Source: Escherichia phage DT571/2
DNA: 64,000 nt
Strand: one strand, 5' to 3'
Sequence record: NC_047749.1
This document shows, one piece after another, positions 36,054 to 46,273 of this stretch. Within the stretch, counting starts at the first letter, position 1, and every line of letters begins with the position of its first letter. The notes under the pieces are model-generated. The model was not told the origin of the DNA and made no database searches. It was given only the letters and a program-made list of their open reading frames with translations. The position numbers were made by a program, and so were the translations under genes.

Positions 36054-36536
36054 ATGGCCGTAGATAGTAGAGAGAAAGGCAAACGTGGTGAATATCAGGT
36101 AAGAGATATTCTACGTGAGCGTACTGGTCTTGAGTGGGAACGTGTTCCAGGCTCTGGTGCTTTTGGCCAGAGCCACGGACTGAAAGGTGACATTTACCTT
36201 CCCCCACAAAGTGGACATATTAGTAAATACTGCTTCGAAGTTAAGTGGTATAAAGACGACGCATTATCAAGTAATTTATTTAATGTTGGTGAATCCACTC
36301 TAGAGAAGTGGTGGCAGCAGTGCTCACGTGAAGGTGAGCAGATGAACTCCAAGCCCGCATTAATATTCAAAAAAGACAGAGGACAGTGGTTAATAGCTTT
36401 GGATAGCTCGGACCCGATGGTTGACAACTTAATGAGTCGTACCCATATGGTGTTAAATAAGAAAGATATGGAAATTGTAATAGGGTTGTTTGAACCGTGG
36501 CTACATCATGCATCTGTTGAGGACTTAATTAAATAA
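36054..36536 (+). CDS. Putative PD-(D/E)xK nuclease (Holliday-junction-resolvase-like)
   Basis: KGKRGE ... D-IYL ... FEVK arrangement consistent with D-x(n)-E-x-K. Confidence 0.55.
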   Translation: MAVDSREKGKRGEYQVRDILRERTGLEWERVPGSGAFGQSHGLKGDIYLPPQSGHISKYCFEVKWYKDDALSSNLFNVGESTLEKWWQQCSREGEQMNSKPALIFKKDRGQWLIALDSSDPMVDNLMSRTHMVLNKKDMEIVIGLFEPWLHHASVEDLIK

Positions 36537-37411
36537 TGAGTAAATCCTGGGGAAAATTTATTGAAGAAGAGGAAGCTGAAATGGCTTCCCGTCGTAACCT
36601 AATGATTGTCGATGGAACTAACTTAGGCTTTCGCTTCAAACATAATAATAGTAAGAAACCATTTGCCTCAAGTTATGTTTCCACTATTCAGTCTCTGGCA
36701 AAGTCTTATTCTGCTAGAACTACAATAGTTTTAGGGGATAAGGGGAAATCTGTATTTCGTCTAGAACATCTACCAGAGTATAAAGGTAATCGTGATGAAA
36801 AGTACGCACAACGTACAGAAGAAGAGAAAGCGCTAGATGAGCAGTTCTTTGAATATTTGAAAGATGCTTTCGAGTTGTGTGAAACTACATTCCCAACCTT
36901 CACTATTCGTGGTGTAGAAGCTGATGATATGGCAGCTTATATTGTTAAGCTCATCGGGCATCTTTATGATCACGTTTGGTTGATTTCTACCGATGGTGAC
37001 TGGGACACTTTATTAACAGATAAAGTTTCTCGTTTTTCTTTCACAACACGTCGTGAATATCATCTTCGTGATATGTATGAGCATCATAATGTTGACGATG
37101 TAGAGCAGTTTATTTCCCTGAAAGCAATTATGGGAGATCTAGGGGATAATATCCGGGGTGTTGAAGGTATTGGGGCAAAACGCGGGTATAACATTATTCG
37201 TGAATTCGGTAATGTTCTGGATATTATTGATCAGCTTCCACTACCTGGAAAACAGAAATATATACAGAATTTAAATGCTTCGGAAGAATTGCTCTACCGA
37301 AACCTAATTCTAGTTGATTTACCTACCTACTGTGTGGATGCTATTGCTGCTGTGGGTCAAGACGTATTAGATAAGTTTACAAAAGATATTTTGGAGATTG
37401 CAGAACAATGA
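36536..37411 (+). CDS. 5'-3' flap endonuclease (T5 D15-type FEN)
   Basis: 291 aa, N-terminal MIVDGTNLGFRFKH and helix-3-turn-helix region typical of T5 exonuclease. Confidence 0.9.
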   Translation: MSKSWGKFIEEEEAEMASRRNLMIVDGTNLGFRFKHNNSKKPFASSYVSTIQSLAKSYSARTTIVLGDKGKSVFRLEHLPEYKGNRDEKYAQRTEEEKALDEQFFEYLKDAFELCETTFPTFTIRGVEADDMAAYIVKLIGHLYDHVWLISTDGDWDTLLTDKVSRFSFTTRREYHLRDMYEHHNVDDVEQFISLKAIMGDLGDNIRGVEGIGAKRGYNIIREFGNVLDIIDQLPLPGKQKYIQNLNASEELLYRNLILVDLPTYCVDAIAAVGQDVLDKFTKDILEIAEQ

Positions 37412-37854
37412 TTAAAATTAAGTTAACTCATCCAGATTGTATGCCTAAGATTGGCTCTGAAGATGCCGCAGGCATGGATCTGCGAGCATTCTTTGGTACT
37501 AACCCTGCTGCAGATTTACGTGCTATTGCACCAGGCAAATCCTTAATGATTGACACCGGTGTCGCGGTAGAAATTCCGCGAGGTTGGTTCGGTTTGGTGG
37601 TTCCGCGTAGTTCTTTAGGAAAGCGTCATCTGATGATTGCAAATACCGCGGGGGTGATTGATTCAGACTATCGTGGTACTATTAAGATGAACCTTTATAA
37701 CTACGGTTCTGAAATTCAAACTCTGGAGAATTTTGAAAGACTTTGCCAGTTAGTGGTACTACCGCACTACTCAACCCATAATTTTAAAATCGTTGACAAA
37801 CTAGAGGAGACTGATCGTGGAGAAGGTGGATTTGGAAGCTCAGGAAGTAAGTAA
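37408..37854 (+). CDS. dut: dUTP pyrophosphatase
   Basis: dUTPase motifs AGMDLRA and GVIDSDYRG. Confidence 0.9.
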   Translation: MIKIKLTHPDCMPKIGSEDAAGMDLRAFFGTNPAADLRAIAPGKSLMIDTGVAVEIPRGWFGLVVPRSSLGKRHLMIANTAGVIDSDYRGTIKMNLYNYGSEIQTLENFERLCQLVVLPHYSTHNFKIVDKLEETDRGEGGFGSSGSK

Positions 37855-38089
37855 TTTTACTGATCCTAATGGGGTAGACTTAGACTTAGCTGAACCTACT
37901 AATTTCTATCATGTGGCTGTTGCTCAGCCTGATCTTAACAAAATTGTACTTAAAGTCGATATGTTTGGTAATGTGGAACATTGGGATGAGGAAGGATTCT
38001 TGAACTTATGTAATGAGTCTCAAGACCCAACTCTCAAAGCCCTGTTAGCCGTATACAATTTAGGTATTATCAAAGGAAGTAAAGATTAA
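37817..38089 (+). CDS. Hypothetical protein (90 aa)
   Basis: GTG start with GAGGAG RBS; followed by bidirectional terminator. Confidence 0.4.
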   Translation: MEKVDLEAQEVSNFTDPNGVDLDLAEPTNFYHVAVAQPDLNKIVLKVDMFGNVEHWDEEGFLNLCNESQDPTLKALLAVYNLGIIKGSKD

Positions 38090-38090
38090 T

Positions 38091-38127
38091 AAAAAACCCC
38101 CAGTGGACAATCCACTGGGGGTTTTTT
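38091..38127. terminator. Bidirectional intrinsic terminator at convergence of early (plus) and late (minus) transcription
   Basis: AAAAAA-CCCCCAGTGGA-CAA-TCCACTGGGGG-TTTTTT symmetric hairpin. Confidence 0.85.
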
Positions 38128-38311
38128 ATTTATTTACCTACCTTTAACTCAGCAATCTCGGCTTACGTTGCCTAGATATTCGGTATCAACGTTTACACAG
38201 TGTGCGTCGTATTCCACAGCATGAGATGTGTATAGAGTTCCTTCTGCTCCAGTAAGTACCACCTGGCTAACACCCGCATACTTACCGGAGCCTTTCAGCG
38301 CCTTGAGTGAA

Positions 38312-40615
38312 TTATTTCGCTGCCTTCAGCGCGGCTATCTCTGCCTTCAAATCCTCGATTTGCTTATTGAGATACTGCACACAACCCATCAAATCCATAA
38401 CGATCGGGTTTACATCCACCGACGGCCTGTCGCGGGTCTTACCACCGATAATAGCGTTAGTCTCTGGGTCCACCTCCACATCGTACGTCTCTTCTCGATG
38501 TTTGATGTATTGAGGTGCAATCGCTTCAGCCTCCTCGGCAATTATGCCGAAGCGGACGCGCTCCTGCACATCGTCCTTATACACGTAGTTCACCATGCGC
38601 ATTTGTTCAATACGTGCAACCGCTTCTGTAACGTCTGCATTGACAATATCTTTCTTAAAGTCCCGCCCCGATGTGCCTTGCAAGGCAAGAACACCACCAG
38701 ATGAAGGCCAGTTGATTGTAATGCCAGTGCCGTTTCCCTTCTCAAAATATTTATAGATCTGGTTACTATTGATATTAACCGAATCCCACATCGTGCGGAA
38801 ATTACCAGCCGGGACTGAATCTTTTGCGTTGTGTAGAACGAAAGACTTCACCGGACCGTCGGTAGTCGGGCGAATGGTTATATCACGGGCCCACACTACT
38901 CCGCCTGTTCCCGCTCCGGGGATCTCCACGACGGTATCTCGGTACGCGCCCGACGCGTCATATGATTGCAACTTAAAATTGCCCGAAGCGTCGTTAATCC
39001 CCATACGCCAGCGTACTTTATCGGCGGAATCCGCCCAACATACACCGTCAAAATCGGAGTTCACCGAGTTCACAACTATACTATTCGGTATAGTTAGTTT
39101 ACCTGTTTCGTCAAAATCCAGATTCGCGCTTCTTTGTGTGGTACTGTTCGTTACGGAAATACGAGCAGAATAGTTACCGCCGATATCGGCACGGGCACAG
39201 AAACTAGCTTCAGCCTCATTGGCGCCACTAATCTTGTACAATGAGAATATGTTACCACCTTGAGCAATTGTGCCGTCAGCTGGACGTGTCGCATCACCAT
39301 TGATCACACTCCAAGACGTATTCGCCGCCACGAACCCGCCTGACGCTCGAATAACCCACACACCCATGAAGTTATTTGGACGCAACTCCGTTACGGTCCG
39401 ACCATAGATCGCGCTGACCCTCGAGGCGTCCAGGTTAATGATGCCGTAGGAGACCGCGCCGTTACTAACAGTTAGGTTGCTTGGCGTCCGATATTGCGAA
39501 TCCGCGCCACCAGACCCATGGAACGCGCCACTTTCACCGTTGATAATACTTGCGGACCCGCCGCCGTGTAATTCGACGCGGCCTGTGATGTTAGGTGCTC
39601 CTGATTCGTAGATATACCCATCGTTGCCACTTTGCCCGCCGTCCCCCCGGCAGAACAAGCCGAATATTGACCCAGGCTGAACACCATTACGGTCTGGCAC
39701 TCGGAAGGTCGTTGTGCCGTCACCAGTAGAATACTTGCCGCGCTGATTTGGGTTAGCCAGCCAGGTAGCGTCACTAATTGGCGATAGCATTTGCGCATAC
39801 GCCCAGAGTTCGGGCCAGTCAGCACGATTCAACAACTGACCATCACTCACCACCTCGTACGGCTGAATGTATGCGCGACTATCCCGCAGGTGAAAGTCAC
39901 CTACCCCATAGTTCATAACGCCATTCATGGTAGGTCCAACTGTACCAGTGTTAATCTTATTCTCTACCCAACGTTTGGTTACAGCATCGTAGTCCCCCAC
40001 AGGGTCCCCAGCAAGAGGGGTGGACCCTTGTGGTCTTACAACGTCCCATAAAGCTTCTCTATTATTTACCCCGGTACCCCCTTGTTCAACCGGGAGTGCT
40101 AACCACTCATTCTCTGTATCACTATAAACTCCCCAAGTACCATTATTTTGAATAGTTAATCTAGAATTCTTATCACCACTGTAGATTATGGTTTCTGTTT
40201 CGGACTCCTGACTAAATCTATCGAGTTCCAGTGCGGTTTTAGCCCCCTCTAGTGTAGAAGAACCAGTACCACCTTGAGCAATCGTAATAGCCTTAGTAAG
40301 CGCATTTAATTCTGTAATATCATTATTAGCACCTTTAGCAGCTTTACTATCTATGGTGATATTCATACTACCAAGAGCAGTATTGATATTCCCAATAGCC
40401 TCTACATTGTTCTGAATGGAACTATCAATACCAGTTAAACGAGTATTTAATTCTTCTTTATCTATAGTGTAGTTAGAGATTTGTAGGTATTTAGAAGTTA
40501 GTGCAACAGCACCAGCTTCTCCATCAACAGAGAAAACGCCTGCAACCGCAGCATCTCTGTTAACTACAACGTATGGCGCCATTGCGCCGGATTTAGGCAT
40601 TAAATTACGTGACAT
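38312..40615 (-). CDS. ltfB: L-shaped tail fibre protein, second copy (LtfB-like) with C-terminal intramolecular chaperone domain
   Basis: 767 aa; internal ~120-aa module near-identical to upstream fibre; C-terminal ...LKAEIAALKAAK chaperone-like end; AAGGAAA RBS. Confidence 0.8.
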   Translation of the reverse strand: MSRNLMPKSGAMAPYVVVNRDAAVAGVFSVDGEAGAVALTSKYLQISNYTIDKEELNTRLTGIDSSIQNNVEAIGNINTALGSMNITIDSKAAKGANNDITELNALTKAITIAQGGTGSSTLEGAKTALELDRFSQESETETIIYSGDKNSRLTIQNNGTWGVYSDTENEWLALPVEQGGTGVNNREALWDVVRPQGSTPLAGDPVGDYDAVTKRWVENKINTGTVGPTMNGVMNYGVGDFHLRDSRAYIQPYEVVSDGQLLNRADWPELWAYAQMLSPISDATWLANPNQRGKYSTGDGTTTFRVPDRNGVQPGSIFGLFCRGDGGQSGNDGYIYESGAPNITGRVELHGGGSASIINGESGAFHGSGGADSQYRTPSNLTVSNGAVSYGIINLDASRVSAIYGRTVTELRPNNFMGVWVIRASGGFVAANTSWSVINGDATRPADGTIAQGGNIFSLYKISGANEAEASFCARADIGGNYSARISVTNSTTQRSANLDFDETGKLTIPNSIVVNSVNSDFDGVCWADSADKVRWRMGINDASGNFKLQSYDASGAYRDTVVEIPGAGTGGVVWARDITIRPTTDGPVKSFVLHNAKDSVPAGNFRTMWDSVNINSNQIYKYFEKGNGTGITINWPSSGGVLALQGTSGRDFKKDIVNADVTEAVARIEQMRMVNYVYKDDVQERVRFGIIAEEAEAIAPQYIKHREETYDVEVDPETNAIIGGKTRDRPSVDVNPIVMDLMGCVQYLNKQIEDLKAEIAALKAAK

Positions 40616-40633
40616 AGTATTTCCTTAGTAAAT

Positions 40634-40649
40634 AGGGGCCGAAGCCCCT
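40634..40649 (-). terminator. Hairpin between ltfA and ltfB (AGGGGC-TTCG-GCCCCT), weak terminator/attenuator
   Basis: GC hairpin with short U-run, overlaps ltfB RBS region. Confidence 0.4.
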
Positions 40650-40654
40650 TTGAA

Positions 40655-43600
40655 TTATTTAGCTTCGAGTTCAGTAATCTTGGCTTCCAGAGCCTCAACC
40701 TTATCCATCAAAGCGAGGATAGCTTCGTGGTGGAGGGCTGCTGCAACACCGTAGGTGTCTACACCTTTAACGTCCGGGACTACCTCACCATCACGTAGAT
40801 TCATGGAACCTGCATTGAATATAGCATCCGGGAAGCGGTTCTCCACATCCTGAGCGATGAACCCGTAGTTCCTCTTAGAGTTATCCTGCTTGACACGCCA
40901 CGATACACCCTTGATGGTACGCATAGCGCCGAGAGGGTCCGGGATGCGTACAACATCTTCCTTGATGCGCTCGTCAGAAGTAGTGCTCCACCCACCCGGA
41001 CATACCGCATTACCAGCCTGCATGAACTGGAAATACCTCGGAGTACTACCACTCACACTGGTCATTATGGTCATATCGCCATTACGTTCGGAGTATACTC
41101 GCCCGTACATGGCACCACTTGGTGATACGAAGTCCAAAAATCCGGAGGTGTAACTACCACTACCTGTGATACGCACAATATTGCCTTTGGCAATCATATT
41201 GCCCGGTGTGACTAAGTCCCCGCTACTATTAAAGTCAAAGCTCCGAGTAACACCCAGAGTAGAGTTGTACACGGATATACGGGCAGCATACGTACCACCT
41301 ATCGTGCCTACCATACGGAAATCTGCGGAACCTTCCAGCTGACCACCAACACGGTACTCACTAGTAACACGACCGCCAGTAACAGACGTTGTTGCAGGTG
41401 GCAGTGTGGCATCACCGTTAATCACAGACCACGACGTATTCGCAGCAACAAATCCGCCCGATGCACGAATCACCCAAACGCCTACGAATGAGTTAGGTCT
41501 TACCTCGGAAGCACGCCCATAAGCCGCATTGACTCTAGATGCCCTGAATGTGTATGTGTTATATCTTGCGTTACTCCCCTCTGCGTTGCTAAGACTAATT
41601 GCAGAAGTTCCGTTATTAGAAGATGCAAATGCACCTGACGGAGCTCCTGCGAGATAACTATAAGAAGTAAAATCCCCTGAGATATCAGGGAGGCCGTTTT
41701 CAAGAATACCGCCATAATTGCCGCCCGCATCACCACGCCCGAACAACCCCTTGATTGAACCTGTTTGAGTACCGTTACGGTCTGGCACGCGGAAAGTAGT
41801 AGAGCCATCACCTGTTGAATACTGGTGTCTGTTCCAAGGGTCAGCAAGCCAATCAGCATCAGAAATAGGGGAAAGCATTTGAGCATAAGCCCACAACTCG
41901 GGCCAGTCAGCCCTATTAAGAAGTTGTCCATCAGAAACGACTTCATATGGTTGAATATACGCACGACTATCACGAAGGTGGAAATCACCTACACCATAGT
42001 TCATGACACCATTCATTGTTGGCCCTACTGTACCGGTGTTAATCTTATTCTCTACCCAACGCTTAGTAACAGCATCGTAGTCGCCAACAGGATCACCAGC
42101 CAGCGGCGTTGAACCAACGGGTCGCACGTTAAGCCATGCGGCAGCACGGTCTGCCAAATCCGAAAGGTTATTAGCTTTTAATAAGTAATCAGTATCTGAC
42201 TGAGTTTTAGCGTCTGCTAAAGCAGAATCAACCTCCATCTTAGTATACGTGGTAGCAATATCAGCCTTATCTGCTAAAGCAGAATCAACCTCCATCTTAG
42301 TATACGTGGTAGCAATATCAGCCTTATCTGCTAAAGCAGAATCAACCTCCGTAGTACTATATAACTCGAGGGCTATACGGGCGTCTTCTTTAGTTGTTGC
42401 ACCAGTACCGCCTTGATTAATACTAACAGTACCTTGTAGTGAGGTATCAATTTCAACGTTACCAGTTATATCATCTGGAGAGATACCATTAACTGTCACA
42501 ACATAAGGAATCTGATCTTTAATAACGCCAGCATCTTCTTCGCCTTTAGTTGGTGCACGGAATGCCTGTCCTTGCATCATATCTGGTAGACGGAAGGTTG
42601 TAGAGCCATCACCCGTAGAGAAGTAAAGAGACGCACCGGCTTGCCATTCAGCTTCTGGTACAGAAGGAATTAAGCCAGCCTCAATAGCCTCCCAAGTATC
42701 TGGATAGTCTGCACGAAGAACTTCACGACCATCAGCAGGAAGAACACCAGGGTAGCCAACACCTGAATCTTTATCATAAGGGAACCAAGTAACTTCACCC
42801 AGCCATAAAGAGGGGTTACCACCAGGAAGGGTGATCTGTACGTTACCCCCATCATCTGCACGAACGTTATTAACAGAAACTAACTTTTGCTCTGTTTCTA
42901 CTAACTCTAATACTGGAGTCTCAGCAGTTCCAGCTACTTTGTACCACCCATATTTTGAGTTAGTTTGGTTCCAGACTAGAACCTTTTCGTCTAGCACACG
43001 GTTTACAACATCGGCATCAGCTTCTGCTTTAGTCTTATAAACTTTGATAAAACCAGAAATATCTACTTTATCAAGTTTACTATCAACAATCTGAGTTGCA
43101 CGATCTGCCTCAGCTTTAGCACGATCTGCCTCAGTAGTAGCATCGATAGCTTTATCACCGGCTTCAGTAGCAGAACCAGCAGCATTAGTTTCAGAAATCT
43201 TAGCGTTTAGTTCTGATTGCCTTGCAGCAGCAGCATGTTCGCCAGCAGTGGTAGCAGCAGCATCAGCTCCATCTTTAGCTGTTTCAGCACCAGTCTTAGC
43301 AGCTTCTGCGGCTATTTGAGCTTGTTGCGCAGCTGTTTTAGCTTGTTCAGCTAGTAAACGACTTTGTTCAGCATTCTGCGCTGCCAATTCTGCAGAGTCT
43401 CTAAATCCCTCTGATTCTTGCGCAGAAGCTGCAGAATTATCTGCACTGCTTTGGGCTAAACCCGCCTGTCTTTCTGACTCAGTAGCAGAGGCAGCAGATT
43501 GAGTTGCTGAAGCTTCGGAAGCACCAGCATGAATACCCGCCTGAATCTCTGAATCTTTAGCGTTATTTTCAGAGTCCTTAGCTGCTATTTCAGAACCTCT

Positions 43601-43774
43601 AGCAGCAGCAGCGGATCCTGCAGAGGCCTCTACAGCAGCAGTTAATTCACCAGCAGTAATAGAACTAATAGAATTACCTAAAACTACTGTATATTTAGGA
43701 TACTTACTAGCAGTAGTTGTAGTGTCATCTATGTTCAGAATCTGCTGTACAATAATTTTAGTTTTAAGTGCCAT
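40655..43774 (-). CDS. ltfA: L-shaped tail fibre protein (pb1/LtfA-like) with C-terminal intramolecular chaperone domain
   Basis: N-terminus [32 protein letters not shown] typical of T5 pb1; Ala/Ser-rich coiled region; 57-bp tandem repeat; C-terminal chaperone-like domain. Confidence 0.85.
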   Translation of the reverse strand: MALKTKIIVQQILNIDDTTTTASKYPKYTVVLGNSISSITAGELTAAVEASAGSAAAARGSEIAAKDSENNAKDSEIQAGIHAGASEASATQSAASATESERQAGLAQSSADNSAASAQESEGFRDSAELAAQNAEQSRLLAEQAKTAAQQAQIAAEAAKTGAETAKDGADAAATTAGEHAAAARQSELNAKISETNAAGSATEAGDKAIDATTEADRAKAEADRATQIVDSKLDKVDISGFIKVYKTKAEADADVVNRVLDEKVLVWNQTNSKYGWYKVAGTAETPVLELVETEQKLVSVNNVRADDGGNVQITLPGGNPSLWLGEVTWFPYDKDSGVGYPGVLPADGREVLRADYPDTWEAIEAGLIPSVPEAEWQAGASLYFSTGDGSTTFRLPDMMQGQAFRAPTKGEEDAGVIKDQIPYVVTVNGISPDDITGNVEIDTSLQGTVSINQGGTGATTKEDARIALELYSTTEVDSALADKADIATTYTKMEVDSALADKADIATTYTKMEVDSALADAKTQSDTDYLLKANNLSDLADRAAAWLNVRPVGSTPLAGDPVGDYDAVTKRWVENKINTGTVGPTMNGVMNYGVGDFHLRDSRAYIQPYEVVSDGQLLNRADWPELWAYAQMLSPISDADWLADPWNRHQYSTGDGSTTFRVPDRNGTQTGSIKGLFGRGDAGGNYGGILENGLPDISGDFTSYSYLAGAPSGAFASSNNGTSAISLSNAEGSNARYNTYTFRASRVNAAYGRASEVRPNSFVGVWVIRASGGFVAANTSWSVINGDATLPPATTSVTGGRVTSEYRVGGQLEGSADFRMVGTIGGTYAARISVYNSTLGVTRSFDFNSSGDLVTPGNMIAKGNIVRITGSGSYTSGFLDFVSPSGAMYGRVYSERNGDMTIMTSVSGSTPRYFQFMQAGNAVCPGGWSTTSDERIKEDVVRIPDPLGAMRTIKGVSWRVKQDNSKRNYGFIAQDVENRFPDAIFNAGSMNLRDGEVVPDVKGVDTYGVAAALHHEAILALMDKVEALEAKITELEAK
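42212..42349. repeat. Perfect 57-bp tandem repeat (~2.4 copies) inside ltfA, encoding EVDSALADKADIATTYTKM repeats
   Basis: Identical nucleotide units and identical 19-aa peptide units in the translated ORF. Confidence 0.85.
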
Positions 43775-44196
43775 TATTGAGTTACTCCATCGCTGATGTA
43801 TACTTTACCTTCCATAATACGGAAAGAACTGACTTCAGAGCCAATTACATCACGAGTCATTAGGATATCATAATAACCCGCAAAGCGTTGTCTAGGGTTA
43901 TACTTATCACGTTCTTTAGATGCTTTTTCACCAATATTAGTAACGTCTGCAACGGAAAGACTAATTGCAGCAGCACCTTGAGCAGCATCAATAATACTAG
44001 TAGTAAAAGATGCCAAAGTTTCCGCGTTCTCGTCTAAGCTAGACTTAATAGTTCCACGAAGTGAATAACCTGCTAGATTAACAGGTGTTTCAGAAGGAGG
44101 GTATACACTATCATCAACATCCATAAATTGCATGATAAGACCATAAGGCACTTTCTCATCAACAACAATATCAATTACTCTATTTTCAGTACTCAT
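43774..44196 (-). CDS. Tail collar protein (T5 p132-like)
   Basis: 140 aa, same size and position as T5 p132 between pb4 and ltf. Confidence 0.7.
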   Translation of the reverse strand: MSTENRVIDIVVDEKVPYGLIMQFMDVDDSVYPPSETPVNLAGYSLRGTIKSSLDENAETLASFTTSIIDAAQGAAAISLSVADVTNIGEKASKERDKYNPRQRFAGYYDILMTRDVIGSEVSSFRIMEGKVYISDGVTQ

Positions 44197-44200
44197 TATT

Positions 44201-46273
44201 TTACCTTATATGAATATATCCGTTTACTAGATCTATTTTCATCTTATATTGAGCTTCAGGATTTCCTGATAGTGCGGCAGCCCTATCATATATAGTATTA
44301 ACACCTATTTGTGATAGAAAAGCATTCCCAGCTACTATTTTATCCGCTGTAATAGTACCATTAACTATCATATTACCATGAAGTACCATAGCTGGGTTAA
44401 CCCAACCAGAACCGTTCCATTGTCTAGTAAATGCAGTTTGAGGTGAATTACTATTAAATTCAGTTAATACATCATATTTAACTGGGGGAGAACCGAAGTT
44501 ACTTTGAAAGAAAGAATTAGCTTGTCCATCGTCCCAACCACTTAAACCTGCTATACCTACAGAATACATCCCAGGACCACGTTGTCCATCATGCCCTATA
44601 GTACCTTCAGTACCGCTCCACTGAACTACATCCGACCAACTAGTACCCTCTAATAACCTATTAGTAACTGGATCAAGTGTACCCGTAGTCGCATAGATAT
44701 TTTGTGTCATATCTGTGCGGTTAGGTGGAGTTTTTGACCAACCCGGAGGCGGATAATCCTGCTCTAGTGGTTTAGCAGGTAGAGATGTTGCTAACTTATA
44801 AACAAATACTGTTTGCTTACCTTGCATACCAGTACCCAGATCTACATCGCCATTAGGAGTTCCAATAACTACTCCACTAGAAATACGTAGCACATCACCA
44901 TCATAACGAATCCACTGTGTGGCATTACCAATGTCTAATTTAGCTTTGGCAGAGGTATTATCCATACCCATCCAAATACCTGAGTTATTATCCCCCCAAG
45001 ATTTACCCTGAGTGTAAATTGCCGGATTATCCTCACCAGATAAGTTAGTCATGATAAAGTTCGCAGCATTAATATCTCTAGTAATTACTTTACCATCAAC
45101 GTTAACAACACGGTTTATAGGGTCAAAAGAAATGGGTGCTTTTCCTTCTTCATCTAGCAGACCAATGTTAATAGCACCAGTAGCTGCGTCGATTAAGAAT
45201 GTCTGTTTCCAGATTTCTCCCTCTTTCATGCTGCCCTTAATAAAGGCATAATTAACATCAATACCCGTCTCATTGACAAAACTGTTGTCTAGAGGAGTAT
45301 CTTCATTCAATATAAATGTTGCAGGAGCTGATTCTGTTATATCTTGCCTATTTGGTCCCCAGGCAATTGATGATACCTTAAAAGTATGCTCAACTTTCCA
45401 TGGGAATGATATAATCGTTGCAGCCCTAGCAGCCCCAACGTTTATCTTTTGAGCTTTAGCCCAACCAGTCCTAGCATATTCTTCAGAGTTTATATAAGTA
45501 ACCAGAAATTCACGGACGTTAGCACCCGCCCCACGTTCCCAGTCCCATTCTATTCTAACATCATAACGTTCCTTACCATCTGCAATTCGTGCAGCTTTAA
45601 AGGCAATGTTAGTAGGTGCAGTAGGCGGTACGAAATTATAAGCTACAGTGAAAACGCTAGGATATTCATAATAACCAGATGAGTCAACTGTAACACCATC
45701 TGGCATCGTAACTTGGCCAGATATTCTGATCTTATAGTCACCAACAGGAACACCACCAAATTTGATAGTAGGTCCCAGTGCGCCTATATAATATTTAACC
45801 CATTCACTATCTTCTGATGCAGTACTTTTTAATTCAATAGTGCAGTAACTAGCTTCACCAGTTGTCTCTACAACAACTATGGGAGCACCAACACCAACGT
45901 CAACGGGTTCTGATTCAGATCTTGCTGCAACAATTATTGGCTTTTCCTTTGTTCTAAAGTTAGTTTCATTAGAGAGGTTGATACCAATCTTAGCTTCCAG
46001 TAACTCTGAGTCAATAATTGAGTCATAGAAAGCCCCCTGAATCTCATAGGAGGTAGAGGGGGTTAGATTATTAATCATTACGAAGAAAGTATCTACACCG
46101 GTGTAATCACGTCTATCTATACTTTCTTCTACTTTTAACCAAAAAGATCTACCAATAACATCATAATCAGTATAAATGGAGTGCTGGACATAAGCCAAAG
46201 TATATCCAGTCATTATACTATTTAAGACCATTTTGGCTGGTGCATTATTTGAAATCATTAAATGGATGCCCAC
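44201..46273 (-). CDS. Central straight fibre protein (T5 pb4-like)
   Basis: 690 aa, position between pb3 and collar as in T5. Confidence 0.75.
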   Translation of the reverse strand: MGIHLMISNNAPAKMVLNSIMTGYTLAYVQHSIYTDYDVIGRSFWLKVEESIDRRDYTGVDTFFVMINNLTPSTSYEIQGAFYDSIIDSELLEAKIGINLSNETNFRTKEKPIIVAARSESEPVDVGVGAPIVVVETTGEASYCTIELKSTASEDSEWVKYYIGALGPTIKFGGVPVGDYKIRISGQVTMPDGVTVDSSGYYEYPSVFTVAYNFVPPTAPTNIAFKAARIADGKERYDVRIEWDWERGAGANVREFLVTYINSEEYARTGWAKAQKINVGAARAATIISFPWKVEHTFKVSSIAWGPNRQDITESAPATFILNEDTPLDNSFVNETGIDVNYAFIKGSMKEGEIWKQTFLIDAATGAINIGLLDEEGKAPISFDPINRVVNVDGKVITRDINAANFIMTNLSGEDNPAIYTQGKSWGDNNSGIWMGMDNTSAKAKLDIGNATQWIRYDGDVLRISSGVVIGTPNGDVDLGTGMQGKQTVFVYKLATSLPAKPLEQDYPPPGWSKTPPNRTDMTQNIYATTGTLDPVTNRLLEGTSWSDVVQWSGTEGTIGHDGQRGPGMYSVGIAGLSGWDDGQANSFFQSNFGSPPVKYDVLTEFNSNSPQTAFTRQWNGSGWVNPAMVLHGNMIVNGTITADKIVAGNAFLSQIGVNTIYDRAAALSGNPEAQYKMKIDLVNGYIHIR

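Noticed and set aside
38228-38704. 158-aa plus-strand ORF and other ORFs antisense to ltfB/ltfA (e.g. 38769-39173, 39791-40051, 41825-42112)
   Set aside because: All lie within the tail-fibre coding regions on the opposite strand; no independent start signals.
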